A stretch of 64,000 bases of DNA from Nitrosopumilus sp. (GTDB lineage Archaea > Thermoproteota > Nitrososphaeria > Nitrososphaerales > Nitrosopumilaceae), in NCBI GenBank assembly GCA_965224195.1, contig OZ245040.1, positions 288,001 to 352,000 of the forward strand. Reading direction: 5' to 3'. The translations under genes were made by a program, and so were the position numbers. Within the stretch, counting starts at the first letter, position 1; the number at the start of each line of letters is the position of its first letter. The notes below the pieces were generated by a model. The model was given only the letters and a program-made list of their open reading frames with translations. It searched no databases and was not told where the DNA came from. Positions 9,558 to 19,398 of the stretch are shown piece after piece.

Positions 9558-10532
9558 TCATTCTAAATTTAATACCTTTGGTAACAAATGGATTGAATCC
9601 AATACCAAAATAGCATCATTTTTCTCAAATAGATCTAATTTCTCTTGTGGGTTTTTACTAGTACCTATAATTCCACAAAATGTTGTTTTTTGTCCTAAAT
9701 CACTAGATCTTTTAGCCATAACGAAATCCTCCATGGAATCTCCAACATAAAGAGTTGAAGTGCAATTCATACCATGAATTGAATTGAGAAGTGATTGAGG
9801 ATTAGGTTTTGCAAGCTCACGTGGTTCATCCTCAAGAAATACAGAACTATCTAAATTGAATTTTAACAATAATGATTTTAAAGAATATCTTACGGATTCT
9901 TTTCCTCTTCCTGTAACCATAGCAATTTTTGAATTAAATTTCTTTTGTAATTTTTTAAATAAAATATCATTTAAAATTACATCATCTTGTTCAATCAAAC
10001 CTATATCAGAAAAGTTTGAAGTTTTGTTAAATAATTTTTGGTACAATTCAGGTCCATAAAAAATTTGATCAAATATCTGATATACAATATTATCATGATG
10101 AGTTCCAGGATATGATAATTGTTTTTTAATTTCAGAAATATCAGTTTGATTTTCAACATATTTTTCTACAGATACAATACCAGTAAAATCAGAGTTTTTA
10201 ATAACATCAAAGATAAAATTGGTTGGATCTTTTTCTAATTTTTTAGCAGCAACAAGAGAAATTATGGCAGCATATGTCAAATCCACTTCATCATTAAATC
10301 CTCCAGTAGATTTGAATCCATCAATAATTTTAAAATCAATATCAATAGATGAATTAATTTTTGCTAGATGTTCTAATACATATCTAGTAGTTTTGATAAT
10401 TGTTAGATCATATGATTTTGTAATATTAATTAACACACCATCACAATCAAAAATTATTGAATCCAATTCATTTAAAATTTGAATTTTAGAATCATTAGTG
10501 TAGATCCCTTCAAATTTTTTTATTAATGTCAT
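9558..10532 (-). CDS. HAD-superfamily phosphatase, candidate histidinol-phosphate phosphatase
   Basis: FDCDGVL, TGR, KPNP and VGDSMED motifs, located inside the his operon. Confidence 0.75.
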   Translation of the reverse strand: MTLIKKFEGIYTNDSKIQILNELDSIIFDCDGVLINITKSYDLTIIKTTRYVLEHLAKINSSIDIDFKIIDGFKSTGGFNDEVDLTYAAIISLVAAKKLEKDPTNFIFDVIKNSDFTGIVSVEKYVENQTDISEIKKQLSYPGTHHDNIVYQIFDQIFYGPELYQKLFNKTSNFSDIGLIEQDDVILNDILFKKLQKKFNSKIAMVTGRGKESVRYSLKSLLLKFNLDSSVFLEDEPRELAKPNPQSLLNSIHGMNCTSTLYVGDSMEDFVMAKRSSDLGQKTTFCGIIGTSKNPQEKLDLFEKNDAILVLDSIHLLPKVLNLE

Positions 10533-11599
10533 CCTAGTAAATCACGAATAGCCAATAAGAATTTTGAATTCATTTCTTTTGTTCCAATAGTTACTCTAAG
10601 ACATCCATCATGATTTCCTATTTTTCCTAATTTACGAATTGAGATTCCCTGCTCAGCTAATGCAGAATAGACACGTTTGTATGCACTATGGGCGTCAAAT
10701 AGCACAAAATTAGCCTTGGAATCAAATACTTCAAAAGCGTCAAAAGTTTGTAAAGTTTCAATAATTCGTTTTCTTTCAATTTTGATACTATCAATAGTAT
10801 CTTTCATGAGTTTTGATTTTTCCAAAGCCTGAATTCCTGATTCTATTGTAATTGTGCTAATAGGATAGGGATATTGTAAAACATTCATAAAAGTTTCAGT
10901 GAATTTTTTACTTGCAATAAAATAACCCAGTCTCAATCCCGCTAATCCAAATGATTTGGAAAGAGTTTGAACTATAATTAAATTATTTTGAGTCTTAACC
11001 ATACTTGAAAGAGAATATTCGCTAAAATCACCATATGCCTCATCAATTATTACAAGACCAGTAAAAGATTTAACAAGTTTTTGTAATTCATTTTTTGTAA
11101 ATTGAAATCCAGTTGGATTATTTGGGGAATCTAAATAAAGAATATCTGCATTTTTTGTTTGTTTTAAAAAATCTTTAACATCTAATTTCATATTATTAGA
11201 AAACGGAATTGCAATTAATGGTATATCATATAATTTACAACGCTCCTCAAAAAATCCAAATGTAGGGTTTGATGTAAGAACTTTAGTTTGTTTTGAGACA
11301 AAATTTGAAAGTATTAAATCTAAAATTTGATCAGATCCATTACCCACCCCAATCATCGATGATGGTATTTTAACAAATTTTGATATCATATCAATTAATC
11401 TTTCAACTCCACCTAATGGGTATTCTCTAATATCAGAATTTTTTTTAGCAAAAGAAATTATATCACTTTGAAATTGTTTTGGAATTACATAATTTTCATT
11501 AGAATCAAGTTTCACTGAATCTTCAACAAGTTCTGGTTTTTTATAACCACCTAGCAAACTAAATTTTGTAATTTTTTCTTCTAACCAATTTTTTTTCAA
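10529..11599 (-). CDS. hisC: Histidinol-phosphate aminotransferase
   Basis: LDSNEN, GNGSD, SPNNPTG, DEAY and TLSKSFGLAGLRLG motifs. Confidence 0.95.
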   Translation of the reverse strand: MKKNWLEEKITKFSLLGGYKKPELVEDSVKLDSNENYVIPKQFQSDIISFAKKNSDIREYPLGGVERLIDMISKFVKIPSSMIGVGNGSDQILDLILSNFVSKQTKVLTSNPTFGFFEERCKLYDIPLIAIPFSNNMKLDVKDFLKQTKNADILYLDSPNNPTGFQFTKNELQKLVKSFTGLVIIDEAYGDFSEYSLSSMVKTQNNLIIVQTLSKSFGLAGLRLGYFIASKKFTETFMNVLQYPYPISTITIESGIQALEKSKLMKDTIDSIKIERKRIIETLQTFDAFEVFDSKANFVLFDAHSAYKRVYSALAEQGISIRKLGKIGNHDGCLRVTIGTKEMNSKFLLAIRDLLG

Positions 11600-12870
11600 T
11601 TTAATCTACCTCTTACTGCTTCAAAGTGATTTGTAAGACCTTCAGCATTAGTCAAGACTTCAAGATGTTTTGAAATTTTTGATAACGATTTTTTAGATGA
11701 TGTAATCTGTGTGTTTACTTTGATAAAATCTAAAACAGAAAGAGACCCTCTGATTTTTCCAAATCCATTTGTAGGTAGAATATGATTTGAGCCTAAAATG
11801 TAGTCACTTACCGATGATGGAGTATCATTTCCAATCAAAACAAGCCCAGATGAAGTTATTTTTGATGCCATAGATTCTGAATTTTTGGTCATAATTTGTA
11901 AGTGTTCAGGAGCTAGAATATTTGCAAGTTTAATCATATCTGAATTAGTTTTACATATTCCAATAAATCCATTATTTTTTAAACTAGATTGGACTATCTT
12001 TCTTCTTTTGATTTTTGGGATTAGTTCTGAAATAATTTTATTTACAGACTTTGCAATCTTCTCTGATGTAGTAATCAAATAACAAAATGTGTCATTACTG
12101 TGTTCAGATTGAGAAATCAAATCTAAAGCCACAAATTTTGGGTTTGTCGAATTATCTGCCATTATTCCTAATTCAGTAGGACCTGCAAGCATGTCAATTC
12201 CTGTCTGATCACTTATCATAAATTTTGCAGTTGTAACAAATGAACCTCCTGGACCTACAATTTTATCCACTTTAGTGATAGATTTTGTTCCATAAGATAA
12301 TGCTGCAATAGATTGTACACCTCCTGTTTTGTAAATTTCATTTGCACCACAAATATCAGCGCTAACAATGGTTAATGGATCAATTTTTCCATCAGAATTA
12401 GGTGGAGATACAACTACTATTCTTTTAACTCCTGCAATTTTAGCTGGAACTACAGACATAATTACAGAGCTTGGGTATTTTGCCAATCCACCAGGAATAT
12501 AACATCCTACACTTTGAATAGGAATAAATCTTTTAGAAATTTTTATTCCATCCTGGTTAATTATTTTATCTGTAAGTAATGATTTAACGATAGATTCTGT
12601 TTTTCCAAGTCTAGCTTTTGCCAATTTTAATGCGTCACGTTCTGTTTTAGATATTTTAGAATATGCATTTTTTATCTCACTTGGAGTTAAACGTAATGAT
12701 GATATGTTTGCTTTGCTAAATTTTTTTTCATATTTGCGAATTGCAATATCCCCGTTTTTTCTAACATCTTTTAGAATTGATTCAACTATAGTTTTGTTAT
12801 TTTGAGGCTGTTTTGGAAGTATTTTAGCTGCAAACTGTTCAACATTAGATACTTTGATTATTCTCATCAA
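11596..12870 (-). CDS. hisD: Histidinol dehydrogenase
   Basis: YIPGG, KIVGPG, DMLAGPTE, APEHL and NHILPT motifs. Confidence 0.97.
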   Translation of the reverse strand: MMRIIKVSNVEQFAAKILPKQPQNNKTIVESILKDVRKNGDIAIRKYEKKFSKANISSLRLTPSEIKNAYSKISKTERDALKLAKARLGKTESIVKSLLTDKIINQDGIKISKRFIPIQSVGCYIPGGLAKYPSSVIMSVVPAKIAGVKRIVVVSPPNSDGKIDPLTIVSADICGANEIYKTGGVQSIAALSYGTKSITKVDKIVGPGGSFVTTAKFMISDQTGIDMLAGPTELGIMADNSTNPKFVALDLISQSEHSNDTFCYLITTSEKIAKSVNKIISELIPKIKRRKIVQSSLKNNGFIGICKTNSDMIKLANILAPEHLQIMTKNSESMASKITSSGLVLIGNDTPSSVSDYILGSNHILPTNGFGKIRGSLSVLDFIKVNTQITSSKKSLSKISKHLEVLTNAEGLTNHFEAVRGRLN

Positions 12871-13859
12871 TTTTCTTCGTCACGTTTTATCTCCTCGAGT
12901 TCAAGTATTTGTCTAGGTTCATGAACTACGAGTCCTTGAGCAATTTTTCGTAATTTAGGGATTAGTTTGTGAAATTCTTCTTTTTGAATTACGGTATTTA
13001 CACCAAACCATCCTTCTTCACTTAGTGGACTGATTGTAGGTTTTTTGAGAGATGGCATCTGTGTCAAAAGCTTTTTCAGATTTTTTTCTTCAACATTTAG
13101 ATAAATGTGTAAGAATTTCTTGCCTTGAACTGCACCTCTCATCAAAGTTACTATATCAAATATTTTTTCGCGTTTTTTAGAATCTTTTAATGATTTTTTA
13201 TTTACAATCAAATGTGCAGTTGAAGTAAGAACTTCATCTACAATTTTGAGTTTATTTTGTTTTAGAGTAGTTCCAGTTTCTGTAACATCCATTATTGCAT
13301 TTACATCCTCAGGTGGCTTTGCTTCGGTAGCACCAAAGGATAAATGAATTTGAACACTTTTGTTATTTCCAAGTCTTACCCAAGGAGTAACAATTAAAGG
13401 ATCTTTTGAACCATAATATTTTTTGTAAGATTTTGATTGTTTTAGAAATTTTGATGCGGTTGTAAGATATTCTGATGAAATTCTAAGTGTTTTCTTCTTT
13501 TTACCATAATCTGCAATCATTTCATCAAGATTTTTGTATTTGTATTTATCAGGAAATGCAATTACTAATCTAATTTTTCCATATTCTAAATCTAAAATTT
13601 GTTCAACATCAGAATTTGTTTCCCCTACCCAATCCTTTCCAGTAATGCCTACATCATACAATCCTTCTGCAACCAATGTTGGAATTTCTTGAGGACGAAG
13701 CATTTTGACTACTATACTTGGATCATCTAGATAGACTCGATATGTTCTACTTTTTCGATTTACTTTAGTAAACGATCTTTCTAACAATTTGAAAGTGGCT
13801 TCTTCTAAACTTCCTTTTGGGATTGCAAATTTTACTTCAGACATTTTTAATTTTTTCAC
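12867..13859 (-). CDS. hisG: ATP phosphoribosyltransferase, long form (probable start MSEV at 13844)
   Basis: AIPKGSL, RPQEIP, GITGKD, GATE and ETGTTL motifs. Confidence 0.96.
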   Translation of the reverse strand: MKKLKMSEVKFAIPKGSLEEATFKLLERSFTKVNRKSRTYRVYLDDPSIVVKMLRPQEIPTLVAEGLYDVGITGKDWVGETNSDVEQILDLEYGKIRLVIAFPDKYKYKNLDEMIADYGKKKKTLRISSEYLTTASKFLKQSKSYKKYYGSKDPLIVTPWVRLGNNKSVQIHLSFGATEAKPPEDVNAIMDVTETGTTLKQNKLKIVDEVLTSTAHLIVNKKSLKDSKKREKIFDIVTLMRGAVQGKKFLHIYLNVEEKNLKKLLTQMPSLKKPTISPLSEEGWFGVNTVIQKEEFHKLIPKLRKIAQGLVVHEPRQILELEEIKRDEEN

Positions 13860-13882
13860 TTTTTAGGTATATAATCTCATGT

Positions 13883-15139
13883 TTAAATTTGCTCAAGTAA
13901 TTCTTTAGCTCTATCAAGTGAAATTTTCTTTTCTTCAATCATTTTTTTAACGATTTTATCGATTTGATCAGGTGTAGCACCTGCTACTGCAGCTAAATTC
14001 CTAGCATGAAGACGCATGTGCCCTTTTTGAATCCCTTCAGTTGAAAGAGCTTGAATTGCACTATAGTTTTGAGCCAATCCTGTAGCAGTCATCACACATG
14101 CAAGTTCTTGTGTAGATGTTGCTCCTAGAATTTTTGCACAAACTTTGGCTACTGGATGAACATTTACAATTCCACCCATAATTCCTACAGAAAGTGGTAT
14201 TTCCAGAATTCCAATTAAATTTCCCTCATTATCCTTACTCCATTTACTCAAAGAACGATACTTTCCAGTTTGCGCAGCATATGCATTTGCTGCAGCCTCT
14301 ATTGCTCTACTATCCTGACCTACTGCATTTGCAACAGCTATTGTTCCATTCATAATACCTTTGTTATGAGTAACAGCCCTATACACATCATTATCAGCAA
14401 ACTCAAATGCAGAAATAATATTATCAACAACTTGTTCTCCACCTACAGCTTCTTTTTCAAATACTGCTTTTGCTTTTACCATTCTTCTAGTAGAATAATT
14501 AGATAATATTCTTAGTAATGCCCTACCGCTAGTAATTTTTTCAATTAAAGGGGAGATAGCTTCACACATAGTATTTGTAACATTTGCACCCATGGCATCA
14601 CCTACGTCAATAAGTAATTCGACAATTAACATTTTTCCTGAAGGTGTATCAATTTCTTTACATGAAATTTCTTTTGCACCTTTATCCATCTTAGACAAAG
14701 TATTACTTTTTGAATTTGCAAGTTGGAGTATTTCATTCGTAGAATTTTTTATTTCAGATATAGCTAATGGAATGTCAACATCTAACATCTGAATTTGACC
14801 AATACTAAAAGATTCATCAGCAAAAACTTCAAACCCACCTTTAATTCGTGCAACTTTAGCTCCCTTTGATGCAGCAGCTATTACTGATGGTTCCTCAATA
14901 ACCATAGGGACCACGTAATCTTTACCGTTTATCTTAAAATTTGTAGCAATTCCCAAGGGAAGAGAAAAAGTTCCAATTGCATTTTCAACCATTTTATCGG
15001 CCTTATCAAAAGAAATTCCTCCATCGTCACTTTGTAGAATTTTTAATTCTTCATTTGAGAGATTTGCAAAATTGGCTACAATATCTAATCTTTCTTGTCT
15101 AGATTTTTCAAAAAATTTAGAAATTGATGAATCAGGCAT
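13883..15139 (-). CDS. mvaA: Class II HMG-CoA reductase
   Basis: EEPSVIAA, DAMGAN, THNKGIMNG and GIQKGHM motifs. Confidence 0.95.
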   Translation of the reverse strand: MPDSSISKFFEKSRQERLDIVANFANLSNEELKILQSDDGGISFDKADKMVENAIGTFSLPLGIATNFKINGKDYVVPMVIEEPSVIAAASKGAKVARIKGGFEVFADESFSIGQIQMLDVDIPLAISEIKNSTNEILQLANSKSNTLSKMDKGAKEISCKEIDTPSGKMLIVELLIDVGDAMGANVTNTMCEAISPLIEKITSGRALLRILSNYSTRRMVKAKAVFEKEAVGGEQVVDNIISAFEFADNDVYRAVTHNKGIMNGTIAVANAVGQDSRAIEAAANAYAAQTGKYRSLSKWSKDNEGNLIGILEIPLSVGIMGGIVNVHPVAKVCAKILGATSTQELACVMTATGLAQNYSAIQALSTEGIQKGHMRLHARNLAAVAGATPDQIDKIVKKMIEEKKISLDRAKELLEQI

Positions 15140-15140
15140 T

Positions 15141-16232
15141 TTATTTCAATATCCTCAATAGTTTATCATCCATACTATCTGGAAAACCTTTTCCATCCGT
15201 ATTTGAAGTGATTACATAGAGACTGCCATCAGTACCCTGTACTACATCACGTACACGTCCTATACCACTAAGAATTGACTTTTGAGAACTCAATCCTTCT
15301 TCAAAATCTAATTGATATAGATTTGCTGCCCTCATGGATGCCATAATAAATGAGGATTCAAAGTCTAAAGAATCCCCAGAATAAAATAAAATACCCCCAG
15401 GTTCTACACTTGGATCAAAACAAAGAATGGCATCTTCAAAATCTTTATCACCTGAGCATTGTTCCTCAGGCCATCCATAGTTTTTTCCTGCTTGAATTAG
15501 ATTAATTTCATCATTTTTTTCTGGTCCAAATTCTGCAACATACAAATTTTCATCGTCATCCCAAGTCATTCCTTGAGGATTTCTATGTCCTAATGAATAT
15601 ACTAGTGAATTAGAAAATGGATTATCATTCGGAATTGTACCATCATCATTTAATCTTAAAATTTTTCCAGATAGAGAGTTAAGATCTTGTGGCAAATGAG
15701 AAGCATCAGAAACAGTACCTGTACCCACATACAATTTTTCATCTGGTCCGAATTTCATAAAACCTCCATTTGTAAAAGAAGATCCAGGAATTTTATCTAA
15801 AATAGTTTCTGCATTTTGTAATTTATTCTCTGATTCAGTAATTCTTAAAATCTTATTCCATAAATTATCATCTTCTTCATAAGTCAAAAAAACATACATG
15901 TAATGATTAGTTGAAAAATTTGGATGTAATGCAATTCCCAACAATCCACCATCAAACACATCAGCTCCACGTAATGTAGCTAATGGAGATTCTAACAAAG
16001 TATTATTTTGAATTACTTTAATCATTCCATCTTTTTCAGTAACAAAAATCCTATCATTAGAAACAGCAATAGCTCTAGGCTTATCGAGATTTTCAGCTAA
16101 AATAGTTACAAAATCACTTTGAGAATTGGAATTTGGAATTGGTAATGGAATTGGATCTGTTGGAGATGTTAAAACTAATACTGAAAATACAATAGCAACA
16201 ACAATTGCAGCAACTTGAATTTTTTTATCCAT
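15141..16232 (-). CDS. PQQ-dependent sugar dehydrogenase (GSDH beta-propeller), membrane anchored
   Basis: GGLLGIALHP, GKILR, GHRNPQG, NYGWP and GRVRDV motifs. Confidence 0.88.
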   Translation of the reverse strand: MDKKIQVAAIVVAIVFSVLVLTSPTDPIPLPIPNSNSQSDFVTILAENLDKPRAIAVSNDRIFVTEKDGMIKVIQNNTLLESPLATLRGADVFDGGLLGIALHPNFSTNHYMYVFLTYEEDDNLWNKILRITESENKLQNAETILDKIPGSSFTNGGFMKFGPDEKLYVGTGTVSDASHLPQDLNSLSGKILRLNDDGTIPNDNPFSNSLVYSLGHRNPQGMTWDDDENLYVAEFGPEKNDEINLIQAGKNYGWPEEQCSGDKDFEDAILCFDPSVEPGGILFYSGDSLDFESSFIMASMRAANLYQLDFEEGLSSQKSILSGIGRVRDVVQGTDGSLYVITSNTDGKGFPDSMDDKLLRILK

Positions 16233-16314
16233 GAAAATATGAGTTCTTCAAATCCTATTAATTACTTTCAAGAATTTGATAAAGCGTATATACGGCTCAA
16301 CTTCATTTATGTTC

Positions 16315-16389
16315 AGCGGGGTGGGGAAGCCAGGTCATCCCGGCGGGCTCATAACCCGCAGTTCAGTAGTTCAAATCTACTCCCCGCTA
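16315..16389 (+). tRNA. tRNA-Met(CAT), initiator
   Basis: Acceptor AGCGGGG...CCCCGCT-A with an A1-U72 pair, anticodon arm GCGGG-CTCATAA-CCCGC (consecutive G-C pairs) and T-loop TTCAAAT. Confidence 0.95.
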
Positions 16390-16390
16390 C

Positions 16391-17719
16391 TTATTTTCCA
16401 TATACACAAAACCATGAAAGGGATTTCTCAAATTTTGATGATTTGTTAATTGTTCCAATTCTCTGTAAAGGTCTACTTAGATGCCTATGTGCAGATATTT
16501 TTGGAAGATAGAGTTGTTTTTGGATATTTCTTGAAATTTTAGTAGTAATTTTTTTAGAAGCTTTTTTTCCACAACGAACACACTGAAATCCTTGATTGAC
16601 GCCTTTAGATTTCATTTTTTTGTGACATTTATTGCATTGAGGATTTGATAATGTGGTATTCTTTTCGAGTGAAATAATATCAATAAATTCAAGATTAATT
16701 ATTCGGGGAAAATATTTTGAGGCTTTTCTAACTCCTCCACCAACATGAATTTTATCTCCTTTTAGCAAATTTGATGCAATTAGAGTCATACCAGTCGGTT
16801 TGTAAACAGCACACCAAAATTCATGGCCCTTAGAAATAATTTTAAAAAATACATGACCTCCTTTTACAATTTTTGGTGTATTAGATACAACACCAGAGAT
16901 TTTTCCAGATGCATAAGGTTTCATGTTTTCAAAAGTTAGTTCATTTTTCAAATGATCACCAGTTCCCTGATTTGATTTAAAGATCATATATCCGTCTAAT
17001 TTTTCATTCGTTTTGAGAATTTTAGTAGCATAAACCAAAGAATCAACATTTTCACCTCTAACACCATAAAAAACAGGATCTGGACTATGTGGAGTAATTA
17101 AAACTCGACCTTTTTTTGTATCAAAGCTGTTAAACGTGTTAGGGGAAGTTTTTTCCTGCATATGTTTTACACTCTCAGTAGAAATTTTTCTCTCTTTTCC
17201 AAATTTTGATCTTTTGCGATAACTTAAAAGTTCCAATGTATGATCTTTAAAATCATAACCTATTGCACCTATAGCACCAACTAATCCTTGACCATTTCCT
17301 TGAAAATGAATTTCAAGATTGTTTTTTTTAGCAAATGTTTTTGCATTGTTACGATTAATTAATTGCCATAAAGCTAATTTACTAAATTTAATGAATTCAG
17401 ATGGAATACTATCACTTTCAAAAAATACTAATCCCGGATTTGCGCCATTTTTAGTATCAGAATATTTTGAAACAAAATTTTTAATTTGATTTTTAATTTT
17501 AGATGGGTTTTTTGTCTTTATTTTAAAAGAAACTGCACCATTTCCTCTAGTTTTCCAAGGAATGTTAGGATTGAATCTAATTAATCTTGGAAAATCCAGA
17601 AATTCCGTTTTTTGCTTTTGGAGTGAATCAACAATTTTGTAAGCAAGAAATGTGGTACACATACCTTTTGGAGAATCAGTATCATCAAATCCAACATTTA
17701 AGATAGTTTCCTTTTCCAT
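16391..17719 (-). CDS. tiaS: tRNA(Ile2) agmatinylcytidine synthetase
   Basis: GFDDTDS, GMCTT, NPNIPWKTRGN and SNQGT motifs, an OB fold and a C-terminal Zn ribbon. Confidence 0.95.
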   Translation of the reverse strand: MEKETILNVGFDDTDSPKGMCTTFLAYKIVDSLQKQKTEFLDFPRLIRFNPNIPWKTRGNGAVSFKIKTKNPSKIKNQIKNFVSKYSDTKNGANPGLVFFESDSIPSEFIKFSKLALWQLINRNNAKTFAKKNNLEIHFQGNGQGLVGAIGAIGYDFKDHTLELLSYRKRSKFGKERKISTESVKHMQEKTSPNTFNSFDTKKGRVLITPHSPDPVFYGVRGENVDSLVYATKILKTNEKLDGYMIFKSNQGTGDHLKNELTFENMKPYASGKISGVVSNTPKIVKGGHVFFKIISKGHEFWCAVYKPTGMTLIASNLLKGDKIHVGGGVRKASKYFPRIINLEFIDIISLEKNTTLSNPQCNKCHKKMKSKGVNQGFQCVRCGKKASKKITTKISRNIQKQLYLPKISAHRHLSRPLQRIGTINKSSKFEKSLSWFCVYGK

Positions 17720-17801
17720 GACTTGTTTTAATTAATCAGACATTTTTAGTTGTTGTAAGCTTCAGTTGATTTAAATTAATAACGTACCATTCCAAGCTGA
17801 A

Positions 17802-18797
17802 TTGATCATAATAGATGAAGCAAGGATTTTCAAAGAAATAGACGATAAAAAACCAGCATCAGTTTCATTAAATGGCCCAGATGGTATGTTACCTCAAGTC
17901 CAAGATATGGCAATTAAAATTTCATCAAAGTATGGAATACCAGCGTATATTTTAGCAGATACTACATGGGGAACTTGTGATTTGAATACAACAGGTTCAA
18001 AAATACTAGGGGCAGAAATTCAATTTAACATTGGACATACAATTAATACAGAATCATTAGAAAAAAATTTAGTTTTAATTGATGCTTTTGATGATGTTGG
18101 ATTTGATAGCGTTGCAGAGCAATGTACAGATCTTTTAAAAGGAAAATTAATTTCACTTGTTACAGACAGTCAACATTTACATCAAATGGATAGAGTTGAA
18201 AAAATTTTAATAAAAAATGGAATTAAAGTGAAAATTGGAAAAGGTAAAGGACAGTTAAATGACGGTCAAGTATTTGGTTGTGAATTTTATCCTGCAACAG
18301 AACTAAAAAAAGAAGTTGATGCCTATGTATTTTTAGGACAAAGTAATTTTCATGCAGCAGGGATTGCATTATCTACAAATTTGCCAACATTTGTTTTGGA
18401 TCCTTATTTTAATGAAGTAAGAGAAGTAACAGAATTTGCACGTTCGCTAAAAAAGAAAGCATCTCTAGCAATATTCAAAGCTGCTGAAGCAAAATCATTT
18501 GGAATAATTATCGGATTAAAAGAGGGACAATTATCAAAAGTGTTTGGATTAAAATTTAAGAAAGAATTAGAAAAAGAAGGAAAATCAGTGCAGTTATTTG
18601 CACTTACAGATATTACAAATGAACGATTAAACAATCTTAGAGGAATTGATGCATTTATTCAAGTTGCCTGCCCAAGAATTTCTACAGATAATCAATTTGA
18701 CAAACCTGTATTGTCCACCCCACAGGCTAATGCACTTCTAAAAGTTTTACGAAAAGAAAGTATTGGTAAATATTTAGAAATTCCACATTGGTTATAA
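17802..18797 (+). CDS. dph2: Diphthamide biosynthesis enzyme Dph2
   Basis: WGTCD, GQVFGC and ACPRI cysteine motifs. Confidence 0.93.
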   Translation: MIIIDEARIFKEIDDKKPASVSLNGPDGMLPQVQDMAIKISSKYGIPAYILADTTWGTCDLNTTGSKILGAEIQFNIGHTINTESLEKNLVLIDAFDDVGFDSVAEQCTDLLKGKLISLVTDSQHLHQMDRVEKILIKNGIKVKIGKGKGQLNDGQVFGCEFYPATELKKEVDAYVFLGQSNFHAAGIALSTNLPTFVLDPYFNEVREVTEFARSLKKKASLAIFKAAEAKSFGIIIGLKEGQLSKVFGLKFKKELEKEGKSVQLFALTDITNERLNNLRGIDAFIQVACPRISTDNQFDKPVLSTPQANALLKVLRKESIGKYLEIPHWL

Positions 18798-19397
18798 TTA
18801 TAAAATTAAATTTTTAAATCTAGCATTATTGGATAATTTTTCAAATATTTTTGATTTTTTAGCTTTTATTTTATATTGTATTCCTTGAGAAATAGCACGT
18901 TCAAGCAAATCTAACGCTTCTTCATTTTTAGACAACATTACAAAACTACAAGATTTATCAAATAAAACATCTGCATTATCAGGATAGTTATCTAAAATTC
19001 GATTACAACATTCAATAGATTCATCATAATTTTCCATAGAAAATAAAATTCGCTCTTTATGATACAATGCTATATTATATTTTGAATTATTATCGAGTAT
19101 GATATTGCATATGTATAATGCATCTACAAATTTCTCTTGTTTACGAAATGAAGAAACTTTGTTAACTAATAGTGAAAGATCATCTGGAGAACTCTCTAAA
19201 GCAGCATCATAGCATTTTATTGCATTATCAAAATCTTTTAGTTTACTAAGAGCATATCCCTTATTGTTAAGAGAGCTTACATGTTGAGGGTTTTCATCTA
19301 GAATTTTATCATAATACGTAATGGCTTCACGCAATTTACCTGTTAAAAACAGTCTATTGGCTTCATCTAAAATTGAATTTATTTTTGGATCTTCCAT
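18798..19397 (-). CDS. TPR protein
   Basis: Tandem 34-aa TPR consensus units (NNKGYAL...AIKCYDAAL). Confidence 0.88.
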   Translation of the reverse strand: MEDPKINSILDEANRLFLTGKLREAITYYDKILDENPQHVSSLNNKGYALSKLKDFDNAIKCYDAALESSPDDLSLLVNKVSSFRKQEKFVDALYICNIILDNNSKYNIALYHKERILFSMENYDESIECCNRILDNYPDNADVLFDKSCSFVMLSKNEEALDLLERAISQGIQYKIKAKKSKIFEKLSNNARFKNLIL

Positions 19398-19398
19398 A

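Noticed and set aside
16315-16389. tRNA-Ile2(CAU), suggested by adjacency to tiaS
   Set aside because: The A1-U72 pair and consecutive G-C pairs in the anticodon stem mark it as initiator Met.
16215-16511. 98-aa ORF
   Set aside because: It spans tRNA-iMet and the antisense of tiaS, so it is spurious.
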